Assembly: GCF_009834535.1 (NCBI RefSeq)
Contig: NC_045697.1
Coordinates: 4,280,001-4,344,000 of the forward strand
DNA length: 64,000 bases
Direction: 5' to 3'
From: Camelus ferus
Taxonomy: Eukaryota
A program made the translations under genes and the position numbers. Of this stretch, positions 50,901 to 64,000 are shown in pieces; the first letter of the stretch is position 1; each line of letters starts with the position of its first letter. The notes beneath the pieces are model-generated. The model was not told the origin of the DNA and did no database searches. It saw only the letters and a program-made list of their open reading frames with translations.

Positions 50901-51739
50901 ATATACCACGTTGAACTAGTAAATGACCGTCATCTTGTCATGAATGGGAGGAGAGCCCCCAGGATGCTGTCCCCTCTTCCCAGCACACCCATCTTGCTGG
51001 AAACCTGGTACAGCATCTGCCACCATGGTTCCACTAGCCTTTATGGAGGTGATCTGTGTCCAGCAAGTCTGACCCATCTCCATCCCCCAATGTCAGGCAC
51101 AGCTCAGCAAACGCTGAACAGACAGAGGGATGAATGGACAGGGAAGTGACAAGAGAACAGTCGTCAACTTTCACCTGTCTCCCCAAATCCTAGCAGAGAG
51201 CCTACAACACACCACATGCTTGGCCTGGAGATCGAACCAACAAGCTCACCTTCCTACTCCGAGCAGCTTTGGTGTAGAAATGGACAATGGTGGTGAGCAC
51301 GTCTTGCTCCCACTCATCGGGACCACACAAGGGCCGCGGGCTGGGGAGCCTCAGGTGTCCCTTCCCTGCAGCCCCAGGGCCTCCACCAGCTCCGATCGCA
51401 TGCAAAGGTCTCCTGGAGACAGCTGGGAGCAGGAGAGAAGTTGGCTTCCATTTTCACACAACTGCTGTGATCGAGATTTGCCAAAGCACATTGTTTAAAT
51501 TGTTGAACGCGTGCCAAAGGCTCATAAAAGAAGAGCACGATCTGAAACACGCAGTGAGTGAGTGACGCAGTGCTCCTGTCTCCGGGGCTGCCGTCCTTCC
51601 ACCCTCACTCACCGGCCCTGGACAAGGCCTTAGCCTCCCAGAGTCCCGGGCCCCTCCTGACGCCCCCCATGTGGGGCTGCAGTGAAGGAAAAGGTGATGT
51701 GGAACCAAGGGCATCCCATGTGTCCTCCTCATCGCTGTG

Positions 51740-51940
51740 GGCGCTGGGTCACCCACCGAGGGGTGCCTCATACACGGGGACCTGGGGTCACCTTGCCTAT
51801 GGGGGGTGATGTCCCATGCACAATGAGCTGGGACTGCCTTGCACAAAGGGTGTCCTGTACACAGCAGGCTGGGGTCACCGTATCCCAGGGGTGTCCTGTA
51901 CAAGGAGAGGTGGGGTTGCCTTGCAGAAGGGGGTGTCCCA
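51740..51940. repeat. Degenerate ~41-44-bp minisatellite, ~4-5 copies
   Basis: Recurring gggtgtcc(t/c)..tacac...ctgggg(tc/tt)(a/g)cc(tt)gc motif. Confidence 0.6.
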
Positions 51941-54900
51941 TTAGCCTTTGGGAGCCTGACTCTGGCTCTCATGAACACACAGGAAGGATACTGCTTGCAC
52001 CTCCTCTCTTCCAGGGGCTGGCTTAGCTCTGAGGTGGGGGTCCTGGCCAGGAGGCCCATGTTTCCCACAGGCCCTGCACGGACCTCGCCCCTCATTACTC
52101 ACTCAGTAGACGTTTACTGAGCACCAGATCCAGCCAGTCTGAACGCCAGGAGCCGAGGGCACAAGCTGAATGAAGCAGGATCCCCCATGCTCACTGCCCA
52201 CCCAGGGGCCAGGTGAGGATAACCGCGTTCCAACAGTGCCCGCTCAGAGGCTGTGGGGGTGCCAGGAGTCATCAGTCCCGATGGGAGCGGCTTCCTGGAG
52301 GTGATGCCCAAGGCTTGGAATGCAAAGAGCAGGCGAAAGGTAAGGGCATGATGCCAAGTTTCCAAAGGTCTTGTGCAGACACCAGACCCAAGGGAGCCTC
52401 CGCGGCCTTGCTGGCCGTCCTCAGGACAGGCCATCTTGGAGTGAGAGGGTCAGAGCAAGGGCAGGGCACACAGACAGACGAGGGCTTAAATCAGGGTCAG
52501 GATGAAATCATGTGTGTAAAAAACTTCATAAACCAACAGCTGGTACCTTGACTGGACAAGGAGAAACCGAGTTGTTTACTGCTGTGACTTGTCCCCAGGG
52601 CAGCGGGACGCGGCGCTCTGCGTCTGCTCCTACAGCCTCTCCTGACCCTCCTTGGCGCCCACACCTGCTGTCCAGCTCTGAATCCCACCGGAAAACTGCC
52701 CCCTCACTACCCCGTGGCTCCAGCCAGAGGCCTGGAGCCAGCCCAGCTTCCCTGGGGCCCTCTTCCCCGGACCCCACCTCCCCGCTGGCCTCAGCTCCCC
52801 TGGACACCCATGGGTTCTCTCCATGTAACCAAGATTAGCCCGCTCCCCTGGTTTAAACCCTCTAACGCTCCCAAGAATGCCCATTCTCCTTATCCTGACC
52901 CTCGAGGCCCCACTGGGCTGGCCAACCTCTTGACCCCGAGTCCGACCCCTGCCCAGGGCCATCAGCCTCAGAGCCCTTCTGCCCGGCATGAACCGCACCG
53001 TGCAGGCTCCTCTTCACTCGCCCACCCGCATCTCCCTCCTGGAGGCGGACCCTGCCTTCCATGCCCAGTGTCCCCTGCAGCCACTGGGCAGGACCTTGGT
53101 CAACAATGGCATGGACCCTTCTGGGCAGGCTGCACCCCACCCAAGGGTTCCAGCCACCATCCCTGTCCCTGACCTTGAGGCTGTCTAAGCGAGTGCCAGC
53201 CTGGCACCCACAGCTGGAAGCCTCGCAGACTCGGCAGTCCTGAGGGCCAGCGATCCCTGTGACCTACCGAGGTCAGCAGAGAGGGCACCCCCGTGCTCTG
53301 TGGCCCCTGCAGAGTGCTTGTCCCCGAGGACACGGCACCTGCTTACTTCTGTCTCTCCCTCGCCTGAGCCTTCACCTCCTGCAGGACCAGCCATCTCTGC
53401 TTTGCTCATGACACAGGGTGCTGGTCACATGACACAGGGTGCAGTGAGTCCTCCATCTGTGGTCACTGCTGTCGAGAGCAGTCGTCACCATGGACGAGCA
53501 CGGACTCACAGTCTGTGGTCAAATCCTGACTTCACCCCTCACCAGCTGGAGGTCCGGGGTCATCTACTTAACCTTTACCTCTGGGCTTTCTCAGCTGAAG
53601 AATGCTGGAGAAGTGACTTAACTAATGGAGACAAGGACCCCAGATGGTACTGCGCACAGGAAGTGCTATTTAATGTTCCTCTGCTGTTATCTACGGGCAT
53701 TTGACCGATGCTCACCACACCTTTGCCAGATGGACAGGTGAGTTAGTCCATTAAAACTTACCCCAAAATCCCCTTCTCCCTCCCCAGGTAGATGCTCTTG
53801 GAGCTGTGCAGGGAGGCACCATGGGGCTTGCTGTGTGCACATCAGTGACCAGTGACAGCACAGAGAAGGTGACACGGCATGGCCCAGACTTGAGGGGCCA
53901 GGACCCCAAGGCTGCCAACCGGCCCAGCACTCACTCAGCACTCCCTGCCCCCCACCCTTGGGAGCAGAAGCCAAACAGAGACCACATCTGTTTCCTGACA
54001 CCTCTTATCTGAAACCTGCAGTCTTGACTTGGTCTGTCCTCCAAGGCTGTTCTGCATCACCCAGATTGAAACCAAGTGTGTCCCCAGCCCTGGTCCCCGC
54101 ACCCTGTGGCTGCTGGGTGTTTGTGCCTGGACTGAGATTCCGGATCAGGCCCTGGCCTACCCAGAGGCCTTGGAGACAAAGCAGAGATCTTCGAAGGATG
54201 TGAAGATTGGAAGAGCCCAGCGGGGTGCGTTTCTGGGGGTAAATCGGAAACTAGTCCAGTGTGATTGTGCAGGGGAGCTGGGCCTGCTTCATCCAGAGCT
54301 CAGAGGTCCCCGCGGCTTTGCTGAGAGAGAGGGGGGCAGCGTGGGACAGGAGACTGAGGGGCTCCCGTGTCCATCACTCAGTACCGGCTACTTGACAAGT
54401 CGGTGCTTCCGCTTCCTCTCCTCTAAATGAGGACAGGAACAGAGCCCCTCTCTCGGGCTGCTGTAGGGGTCATGTGAAGCCCCCAGGCCCGGAGTACACT
54501 CGGCAGTACACACCGGGTGTTCACCATCACAGGTCTGGGGCCTCTGCGTGGGGCAGGGCCGGGGCTGAGCAGCGGGTAACTGCCTCAGGCAGCTGGCTTC
54601 TCAAGGGAAAAACAAAATGACAAGGCTGGGTGAGCTGGAGAAGGTGGGGTGGGGGCGGGGACTTCCTTAACTCCTACAGAGCACCTGGGGGAAAGGAAGC
54701 CCCTGTAAATGGGAGAGGGTCAGGTATCCTGTCCCATGGGGGTGCACCCCACACACACCCACATACACAAACGCAGTCTGCAGCACAATGAGCCTCCTGG
54801 GGGAGAAGAAATCTGATGAAGCCCCTCCTCCCAGACATACACAGCCCCAAGCTGACATTAAGACCGGACACTGACAACTGAGTGGGACCATAAAACTGGG

Positions 54901-57212
54901 CAGATGCCTTGCTGTGCAAAGTGGACGCCCCAGGAGGAGGTCTGAGAAGGAAGGAAGGAAGGAACGGGTTAGGGGGTCCAGGAAGCTGGGTGACATTCAT
55001 GAAGCATGTGGAGCTCTCAGCTCTAGCCACAGGCCCTCTGTCTGCGCCACCAGGCAGGCACCTAAGGAAGAGGGGCCATGACTCAGCACCACCTCCTGAC
55101 CCCAAGGCCGACGCACTCCCGCTCAGAGCACAGGTCCCCAGCACGTGGGTCCCACCTGGCTGGTATGATCACGCCCACTTTATAGATACAGAAACGGGCT
55201 TGGCGAGGCCTCCTGTCCCCTTCGAGGGCACACAGCTCAAGGCCACCAGGCAAGCCAGGAGCCCTTCCTGCACAACTTCAGGGCCGAGACACTCATAAAT
55301 AAACACACATAAATAGGCAGACACACGCTCCGGAGTCCGCATGGGGACAAGTGGGGATCCAGCACCGCGGCCAAACCAGTGAGCGCTTTTCAAACTACAG
55401 ACTTCGACCCAGGAGGTCACAGAATCACATTAACTGCCCACAAGCAGCATTTGTTTTTAAACAAAAGCAAGAGAATGGAGACTCTCACTACTGTTCTGGA
55501 AGTTTCTGCTCCCACTGGGTGTGCGTGCGTGTGGGCGTGTGCATCAGGTGACAACAGCCCGTGTACTTCTTGCCGTGCGAGGAGATCGGAAAGTCTAGGA
55601 GGTGCTAGTGCCTTAAGAGCTAGGTGGGATTTCAACAGGTGGAGGAGGTGACAGCGTGTTTTGGGCAGAGGTTCCCCTCACGGCAAAGGTGGGGTGGGCA
55701 AGTGGGAGGCAGATGTGCAGAGCGTGGAATGGTCTCGGCACGCAGGGAGGGGGCGGTGACCCACGGAGAGAAGTCACCGGGCTCTCACCAGCCATGCTGG
55801 GGTCCCGGGCAGGCTCTGCTCTGATCACTCCACCTGTAATCGGAGCCAAGGTCCCTACTTCCCAGGGCTGGCTGCTCTGAGACTCAGGCAGATGTACTGA
55901 GAAGCACTGGGTAGATTATTAGAAAAAGCAGTGCTTTAGAACAAGTGCATAGCTTTTATCAGCTATGTTTTCTCCAAACATCCCAGCCAGAGGCCTGCGC
56001 TCCACCCTTTTGAGCCTCCATGACACTCACAGCGAAGCTTCAGCATTTCTACCGACAGACAACAGCCCCTAAGGTGCGAAGGAGCCTCAAACAAGACTCA
56101 TGTGACAGCTGGTGCCCAGGCCTGCCCCCGGCTCCTCCTGGTGTAGCTCAACTGCAGGCCAGGCGCACAAGCCTCCCTTCTTCTCCACCGCCCCTCACCT
56201 GGGGGTCTGGGGGTCTGGGGCTGTCTCCACCCCAAGCCCACCCTGGGCGAGGCTGTTTCTTCCCTCTGACCCTCACCCATGCTGTGTCCTCTCCTCCCAG
56301 GCTAACTCTTGCTCAGGCATCATCTCTTCCCAAGAAGCAGGTCCCCACCTAACCAGCCCCAGCCCCAGCCCCAGAGCCACCTCTGTGCACCCCAGGCCCT
56401 GTGCTGCCCTGCTGGGGGCAGGTCTGGACTCATTTGTGCCGCCAATGGCCACTCAGGGCCAGCAAAGGGCCATGCTCAGTGAGCAGCAGCTGGACAGAGG
56501 AGGGACCAAATGCTGGTGCCCTAGCCCCAGCATCAGCGAGGCAGCCAGCACCATCACCAGCTGTCTTGTCCCCCCCGGGTCCCCACACTGTCTCGTCTCT
56601 GCCCCAGGGAGGTGCCCCCTGGGATAGAGTGGAAACTTGAGGCCCAGAAGTGGGCTAGGGTGGGGGCAGTGCTTAGCAGCCCCGTCTGGGGATGGAGGCT
56701 GGGTCTAAAGGGCAGTAAGGGACAGACAGGGCCTGGGCCCAGGAGCACCCAGGCTGGCAGCCGGCCCAGAGGGGCATGACCACATGGGGGCCCCCAGACC
56801 AAGCAGAGCTGCCTGACTGAATGGCCCCTGAGGAGTGGCCACAGTGGGCAGGGGACAACGTGGGCTGCCCTGAGTGCTGTGCGGGACCCGAGCCGGGGGA
56901 GGGAAAGCCTTCATCCTGCCGCACAGTGCCTGGTGCAGTAATGCCTACTGTGTCCACGAGCAGAAGGGAGTTGGTGCGTTACTTACAAATATAAGGAGGA
57001 AATGCTACATCTGCTGCAACCCAAGTTCGTGAACTTCAGAGCAAAGCGTGCACAGAGGTGAGGCCTGAGAGGCCTGGGTGGCGCGGGGGAGCCCTGGACT
57101 GCGGGGGACACCCCAGAGGAGGAACCTCGTGGGGATGCCTGGACTACGTGCCAGGACCCGGCTTCCAGACCAGCCCCAGGCGAGGACAGTCTGGCTTCCC
57201 GGGCCCCCTTAC

Positions 57213-57444
57213 CTGCTCCATCCACTCTTTCCGGGCTCCTGGCATGCGAAGCCCGGGGCACAGCCCCAGCAGCTGTATCTCTCACGTCTGGTCCAGGTCC
57301 AACTTGGGGTCCGGGAGCTCGGGGCACCCCACTCCTCTCCTGCTCCACTGAGGTGGTGGCATTGAGCCGTGAGCGGACCTGGGGCTGAGGCAGCAGTGGA
57401 GGCTGGGGGCCGGGGGGGCTTGGAGGAGGGGCACTGGCGGCCAT
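57213..57444 (-). CDS. WFS1: Wolframin exon 2 (start codon; 232 coding nt)
   Basis: [56 protein letters not shown]...; acceptor ttttctcgcctgcag|G-ATG; donor |gtaagg. Confidence 0.93.
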
Positions 57445-57799
57445 CCTGCAGGCGAGAAAAGCCGAGGGTCAGACGTACACGAGGCCAGCCAAGCCCCATC
57501 TGCTCCAGCCTCGGGTTTTGGGTAAAGAGAACAGGGTGGGGGCTGCCCAGCATTCTGTGTGAGCTCATTCGACCTCACAACAGCCCCCTTGAGGACACCC
57601 CCATCTTACAGATGAGGAAATCGAGGGAGGACACTCACTCCAGGCTGGCTGGCTCGGCAGGTCCCACAACAGTCAGGAGCCGGCCCCTCATCAGGGGCCG
57701 GGACCTCAGGTGTGCTCATCCGAGCAGTGGGAACAGCAGGATGCCGTGAGGGTTCAGTGAGATGGCCCATGGGAGCCTTGGGCATGTGCCTGGCTGTGC

Positions 57800-58188
57800 T
57801 GGGTTAAAAAGGGGGTCTTTGCAGATGAAATTAAGGATCTAGAGATGAGATCATCCTGGATCATGGTGGGCCCTAATACAGTCACTGGTGTCCTTATAAG
57901 AAGAGGCAGGAAACACACAAAGACACGAGAGGAAGCCGCCACATGAAGGCGGAGTCAGAGGCTGGAGAGAGGCGGTGGCAAGCCAAGGGACGCCAGGGAT
58001 GCCCAGCAGCACCTGAAGCCAGGAGAGGTGAGGAGGGACTCTCCCTCAGTGTCCCCAGAAGCAGCCAGCCCTGCCGACGTCGTGATCTCAGGCTTTTGCC
58101 TCCAGGACCACAAGACAGCAAGTTGCTGTTGTTTCAAGCCACCAAGTGTCTGGAAATTTCTTATAGAAGCCCTAGGAATCAAACACAC
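57800..58188 (+). mobile_element. MaLR LTR (MLT1-type)
   Basis: gtctttgcagatgaaattaagg...gagatcatcctggat...ggtgtccttataagaagagg...gttgtttcaagccaccaagt...ctaggaatcaaacaca. Confidence 0.78.
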
Positions 58189-61100
58189 TGACACAGAATG
58201 AGAGTTAAATAAATGGGGTGGGGGGAGAAAGGGGAGAGGGATGGAGGGTGGGAACATGGCCCCTGGAGCCAGGGTTTAAGTCAGACCTGCCCAGCTCCAA
58301 AGCCCTCCACGCCAGGCCAGAGCCACAGGACAAAAACCCAGGAACCTGAACACCACCAGACACAAGCACACACTAGACACAGAGTGATGGAGACCACGGG
58401 GTTGGTTCCAGGGGACGGCAACAGACTGGAGCGCACAGATTTTGGGACGGGGACAGGGCTCCATTAGTCAATAATGCCACTTAGCAACAGGGCAAAAACC
58501 ACCATTGACATGATTAAGGGCAACCAGGGGCCACAGACGGTGGGGCCGAAATCTATCAGAGTTCCCCAGCACCAGGATCCCAGACTGGGGTCCTGGGTGG
58601 GCTTCAGAGGACACAGACCCTGAAGCAGCTGGGACCACGTGCAGCGCAGGGGATCCAGGCAGGCTTCTCCTCAGATTCCCAAGGGTCCATGACACCCCCA
58701 CCCTGGCCTCAAGGCCACGTCCATCCTCTTCGCTGAGATGAGGAAGGAAGAATCTGGCTCCCAACCTAACTCGCCATGGCTCCCGTGCCCCTGGCTATGC
58801 CCACCAGCTCTGTGGTCCTGAGCAGGCCATGTCCCCCTCTGCAACTTAGTTCCCTCAAAGGTAAATGGGGACAATCATCTCACACTCAGAGCGCTGTGAG
58901 GACCACATGAGACCAAAGACCACAAGTGGTCAGGCCCCCAGGCATCCCCAACGCCCACCTCCAAGCACGAGCCTGCCCAGCCTGCCCAAGTCGGGGGCCG
59001 ACACGCATTTCTGGAGATGGCTGTCACAGGGAGAGTCAGAGGTGGCCCAGGCCCTACACAACACACCCCAGGGCCATGCAACCATGTCTGCTGCATTCTC
59101 GGCTAGACATGGGTCCCAAAGATGGGATCTGTGTCCGCTAAAGAACCCTGGAGATTTCCATCTGGACATTCCTCCCTGAGAGGGACTGAGCCCTTATTTT
59201 AAAAACATCCTCCTGGCTGTAAACCAAAAGCACATCAAGCCACAAAGATTGGCCTGGAAACCAACACAGCACTCAGTGCTGTTTCCAAACTCCAGGCTTC
59301 CGGGAACCAAACAAAGAGACAACTTTTGCAAAACCCCTCATCTGGCTGCATGTGCAGACCCGCTGGCCGGCTGTGGGCGGGGAAAGGCAGCCAGCGACTC
59401 GGCAGACAGAACCCAGTTGTGCAGGTCACTGGCTGACCCGAGACAAACCACACGGGGCCACGTCCTACCTCACCATCTCCCGAGGTTCCCGCTGCCCCAG
59501 AACTAAATGCCACCCTCTTGGAGTGGCAGAGGGCTCTCAGGCCCCCCAACTTACGCCTGGGCTCCTCGGTTGCTAATGACAATGCAACCAGCGCGTCTGG
59601 AATGTGCTGTTCCAGCACCTCCCACCGATTTTCTGGGGATTCTCACGTGGCCTGCGAGGAGGGTACTGCTGATACTCTGGTGTGATGGATGGAGAAATGG
59701 CCCGTCCTTCAACCCACACCCCACGTCACAGACAAGGAAGCTCAGGTCCAGAAAGGTGAGATCCCCGCCCGAGGCCACACAGCTCAGAGTGTCGGAGCTG
59801 GAGTTCAAATCCACAGAGCCTCTCACTCAGAAACAGCTCCTTTCTGAAGAAGAGGCCTCTCAAAATGCGCCCACCTGCTTCTGCCACCCAAACCCCACTA
59901 CACCTTCTCTTCCCCCATCACTGTCTCCTCAAACCTGTTCTTCAGCCTCCACAGGCAGCTGCTGACCTCCACGCCTTAGCTCTTGCAGGGCCCCCTTCTT
60001 GGACTGGCCCTCTCCCCTCCCCCAGGCCCCATCCTAGATGACATTCAAGTCAAGGGCCCAATTTGCCTCCTTCTGGGAACTTCCCAGCAGCCTCTGCCCT
60101 GAGTCCTGTCTCCATCACTTGCTCTCAGGTAACCACATAGCACTCAGGGTATGTCTCCTTCAGAACCCTCTCTCTGCCAGAGATGGACCAGAAGGACTTA
60201 CCCGGCTGGTCCAGCTGCCCCTCTGAGAGGAGCCCTGGGTCAGGAGGGACAGCACTGTCCCTGGCCAGCAGGACACAGTTTTTCCACCTGAAGCAACCGG
60301 GGAGTGAACCCCAGTTCTGCCCTTTACTAGCAGCTATTTAACCTCACAGGGGTGAAGGAAGAGAAAGCAAAGTGCAAACTATAAAGCATTAAAAAAAACC
60401 CCAAAAAGCACCCAAGCCATTTCTCCCAGGTGCTAAATAAAGGCATATTCAAGTTGAGAGACACCTTATAACAGGAACTTCAGGAAAACACAGTTTCTGG
60501 CTGGCCTGCTGGTCTAAGCATTATGCATGTCACTCTACAATCAAAATAAAGCTGTTTAAAGTAAAATCTGGTTAGTACGGAGAGATGAATAAAGGAGGAT
60601 TAATTTCAGGTTCCCTGAGAGTCGGCCAAATCCTTTTTGGATCAAAGGCCTTGTCATTTGAAAACAAATGAAATGATCTGGTGCCGTGGTTGGGTCACGG
60701 AGGGGACCACAGATGGTCTCTCGGTGGACGGGCCCAAATGGCGTCTGGTCCCTCCTTCTCTGATGAGTCTTTTTTTCTGTAATCCTGGGGGCCCCGAAGG
60801 CAGGGGCTGCATCTCATTCACTCAGGATACAGCGGGGACCTAAGGGGCGAGGCCCACCTGAGGCAGCCTGGCCTGGGGAAAGCAGCGCTGGCAAGGGAAG
60901 AGCCTACCCCATCTCGCTGTGTGACCAGAAGCGGGTCCATCTTCTGGCCCCGGAATCCAAAATCCTGGCTGCAGAACAACAGCATCAGCCTCGGAGCTCC
61001 ACCCAGCTCCAAGACTCCTCCGCCGCCACCCTGACATCAACCCCGAGCACCCAGGCCAGAGCAGGGGCTGGAAACCCGTCGCTGTGGAAGATCCAGAAAA

Positions 61101-61905
61101 CCAGAGTGGCCAGCATTCTTTCCACATGAGCACCCAGGCATATTTTTATCCCATCAAAACACAAAATGCCAAAAACACGGAGCTCGGCTGAGGGGCTGCC
61201 ACCTGCCGAGAGGTGAGTGGGCTGCTGGGACCATGCGTCTCCTGACATGCAGAGAATGACCACATGCGGCCTGCAGCCCAGACTCCCTGACCGTTGTTCA
61301 GGCCGGACCCCCCCTGCTCTCCAGGGGGGCCTCCCCCACCTCTGAAACAAGCCCCCAGGGAAGCCTTAAGGATGTTCACGCATCCTCTGACCACAGCCTC
61401 CACCGCCAGGATCCCAGCCCAGGGAGTAACCCGGGATGCCCGCGGTTCCACCTCCATCCCACTTGCTGCTCTTTGACATCCACGTGCCACTGCGGACCTC
61501 CCCGCATCCCTCTTACGGAGCGCCTCTCTGGGGTCCATCACAGCGGTACTTTCCAGCACTGTCCAGAGAAGGCAGCTCAAAGCCCCTCCAGGGTGTGCCA
61601 CACTAGCTGTTAACCACCGCCTTGTATAAGAACATCTAAGACAAGGAAATGTTTGTGTAACGCTGTTAAAAGGATTTAAAGCAGCATGAGATACTACTCT
61701 GAGTCTATTTAGGATGAAAGCAAAGTTTATCTGCACAAAAAAGATGGAAGAAAATGCCTCCCAATGGTACTCCTGTCTATCTCTGTGTGGGGGAATTACC
61801 GGTAGCTTCCTTTTATTCTTTTTCTAAACGTATTTCCTTAATTTTCCATAATGAATGTGCAAGGTTTTTGGAATTACAACCAAATGTCATTCGAAAACTC
61901 ATCTG

Positions 61906-62006
61906 GGGGAGGGTATAGTGCAGTGGTAGAGCACATGCTTAGCATACAGTAGGTCCTGGGTTCCATCCACGGTACCTCCATTTAAAAAGAAACAAACAAG
62001 CAGTGT
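61906..62006 (+). mobile_element. tRNA(Ala)-derived short SINE (camelid Vic-1-like)
   Basis: ggggagggtatagtgcagtggtagagcacatgcttagc...ggtcctgggttccatcc...cctcca plus A-rich tail; degenerate A/B boxes; TSD aaaactcatctg (61894-61905) / aaaacccatctg (62007-62018). Confidence 0.8.
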
Positions 62007-62038
62007 AAAACCCATCTGTAACTGAGCCCAGAGGGAGA

Positions 62039-62128
62039 GGCTCAGGGGTACCCCGGGTCTGGGAAATCTGCTCCGGCCTGGACGGCTCAGGGGTACCCTG
62101 GGTCTGGGAAATCTGCTCCGGCCTGGAC
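62039..62128. repeat. 45-bp tandem duplication (1 mismatch)
   Basis: ggctcaggggtaccc(c/t)gggtctgggaaatctgctccggcctggac twice. Confidence 0.95.
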
Positions 62129-64000
62129 AGCCCAGCCCGGCCCTGCCACCTGGCACAGCGCTGCTCCTTAAGACAAGGGCACGAAGCCCTTGGAGACTCC
62201 CAGGTACCTATTTTTGCCCCACAGTATTAAGGGCCAAACCAAGGAACATTCCAGCTCTACCCAGTGTGCCAAGTTCACAGGACAAAGAGGGAGTCGATCT
62301 GGGAATGCTCCGTGCCTGGCCTGGGCCGGTCAGCAGGCACAGACTGTGGGCCGATCCTGCCCCAGAGAAGATCCCGCAGGACTGGCCTTCGAGCACTCAG
62401 CCCAGATGGGAAGGACGACATGTAAGCAGACAACCACAGTGATGGGGCACCTGGGGGCTGCAAGCACAGGAGGGGCCACACTCAGTGGCGGGAAAGGGGC
62501 AGGGTGGGGACTCTGGACAAGAGGCCTTGGCTAAGCCTTCAGGACAAACAGGCACGAGCCAGACAAGGGTGAAGGGAGGAAAGAATGCAGGTGTGTCGGC
62601 ATTTCAGCGGGGACTGCCCAGGGGAAAAGGCAGTGGACAGAGAACGTGCCAGCACTGTGGCCAGGAAGGTGTAGGCGGCTGGGAAGTGACTCTGGGAGGG
62701 GACACGGGAAGGAGAAAAGAGGCTGAATGGGCAGCCAGGAACCTGGGGCAGGCCCCGAGGGCCTGAACAAGCGCCAGGCTGAGTGCTGGGGCTGAGCCAG
62801 GGCAGAAGAAGTGCAGGGCAGGGCTGCAGGGCAGTGGCAGGTAAAGAGCCACCAGCCTGTGTAGGGACAGGCCAGTGAGACCAGGGAGGGGGCTGAGTGG
62901 CCTTGCAGGGAAAGTGAGGAGGCCTGGCCCAGGGCAGGCATCGGAGCCCAGCTCCCAAATCAGGAGACAGAAGCATCACCCATGAATGTGAGAGTGGGGA
63001 AGCAGAGTGCAGCCTGGCTTGTGACTGGGGACCATGGTGGTGGTGCCACTCTCTGAGGAAGGGACCTAGGGGAAGAGAGGGGGCCGTATGAGGCACAAAG
63101 CTCCCTCTTTTATCATGCTTCCTCTCATCACCACTGTCGTGGACCAGGATTTGGTCTCTGTCCCATAGCACAGGCACTCTGGGGGCCCAGGATTGAGCTG
63201 AGACCAACCCCAAAGGCCAGTCCAGCCCTGGCTTGGGAGGGACAGGGGAGGCCTGAGTGGGGAGCCCTCCACATACTCTTCTATCCAGGGAAAGATGAGA
63301 TGTGGTCTCCCAGCAACCTTTCCTGTGTCCAGTCAAAGGTCCATCTGCTGGGGGAGCAAGCGTATAAAGGAACCTTCTTCCGAATCCCTGGTGAGCTGCG
63401 TAGGGGCTCCTGTGAGAATCACAGCCTCTTGGAGACAGAGGGGACAGGATGGGCAGTGACAAGCGTGGCCTCTGGGCTTCTGTTGGCATGGCTCCCTCAC
63501 TGGGGCTGCAGTGAGGGCAGGCAGCCAGCACACCGGGTACCCAGGGCATCGCTCCCTGAGTGATGGAACCCGGCAGAAGGGAAAGCCCTTTACAAATGGG
63601 CCAAATGCCAAAGGTCACTGTCCAAGGTGAGGAGAGGCAGGCACTTGTTCTCAGCGCCTGCCCAGAGGCAGAAGTGCCCCACTAGGCTCTGCCCAATCAT
63701 CTGTGTGGTCTTGGGCAGATCACCAAACCCCAATGAGCCTTAGCTTCCTCATGTTTCACATGGGGCTATAATTTCTACCCCTAAGACCACCTGGAGGCCA
63801 AATGTACAAATGTCAGTTTCTTGGAATTTCTTAACATTAATTATAACAAATGGTGTGGGAGAGTCCAGCTCCATCACACTCAAAAGGGCTGGGTCAGATT
63901 CACCAGAAAGTTTCCATCTACCCAAACAGAAACTGATATTCCAGAGGGCAGGGTTTACACCAGCCAGGACCCAGGGGCTGCTCCTGCCTCCCCCCACTAC

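Noticed and set aside
61906..61980. Possible tRNA-Ala gene
   Set aside because: Degenerate A/B boxes and stems, an A-rich tail and a TSD indicate a SINE.
62539..63618. 359-aa - strand ORF in WFS1 intron 1
   Set aside because: GTG start, Pro/Ser/Leu-rich composition typical of random GC-rich DNA, and no recognisable domain.
57446..64000. WFS1 exon 1, promoter or ERSE
   Set aside because: No CpG island or CCAAT-N9-CCACG element was seen; probably beyond the right edge of the window.

Overview
GC-rich mammalian genomic DNA, probably camelid: it carries a Vic-1-like tRNA-derived SINE and artiodactyl-type L1 3' ends, and I recognised no Alu, Bov-tA or PRE-1. Two genes converge tail-to-tail. On the + strand are the last three coding exons and ~2.5 kb 3'UTR of PPP2R2C (PP2A B55-gamma). 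On the - strand is the complete coding region of WFS1 (wolframin): exons 2-8, 232+83+145+171+81+149+1809 = 2670 nt, 889 aa. WFS1 exon 1/promoter and the earlier PPP2R2C exons were not found and probably lie outside the window. All called exons have GT-AG boundaries and consistent phases. The rest is intronic or intergenic DNA with L1, MaLR (MLT1), ERV1-like solo LTR, MIR/L2 and SINE remnants plus several tandem repeats. Most ORF-track entries are spurious GC-rich or antisense shadow ORFs. I see no convincing novel gene system. The best leads are: (i) wolframin appears to have lost the luminal N746-equivalent glycosylation sequon and gained an NGT sequon ~41 residues downstream; (ii) a run of AT-to-GC amino-acid changes in both genes, suggesting GC-biased gene conversion; (iii) two perfect CTCF core motifs in PPP2R2C; (iv) nested and repeated retrotransposon insertions with readable target-site duplications; (v) AT-rich candidate enhancers. 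Comparisons with human proteins come from my recall of the sequences and need confirmation by alignment.
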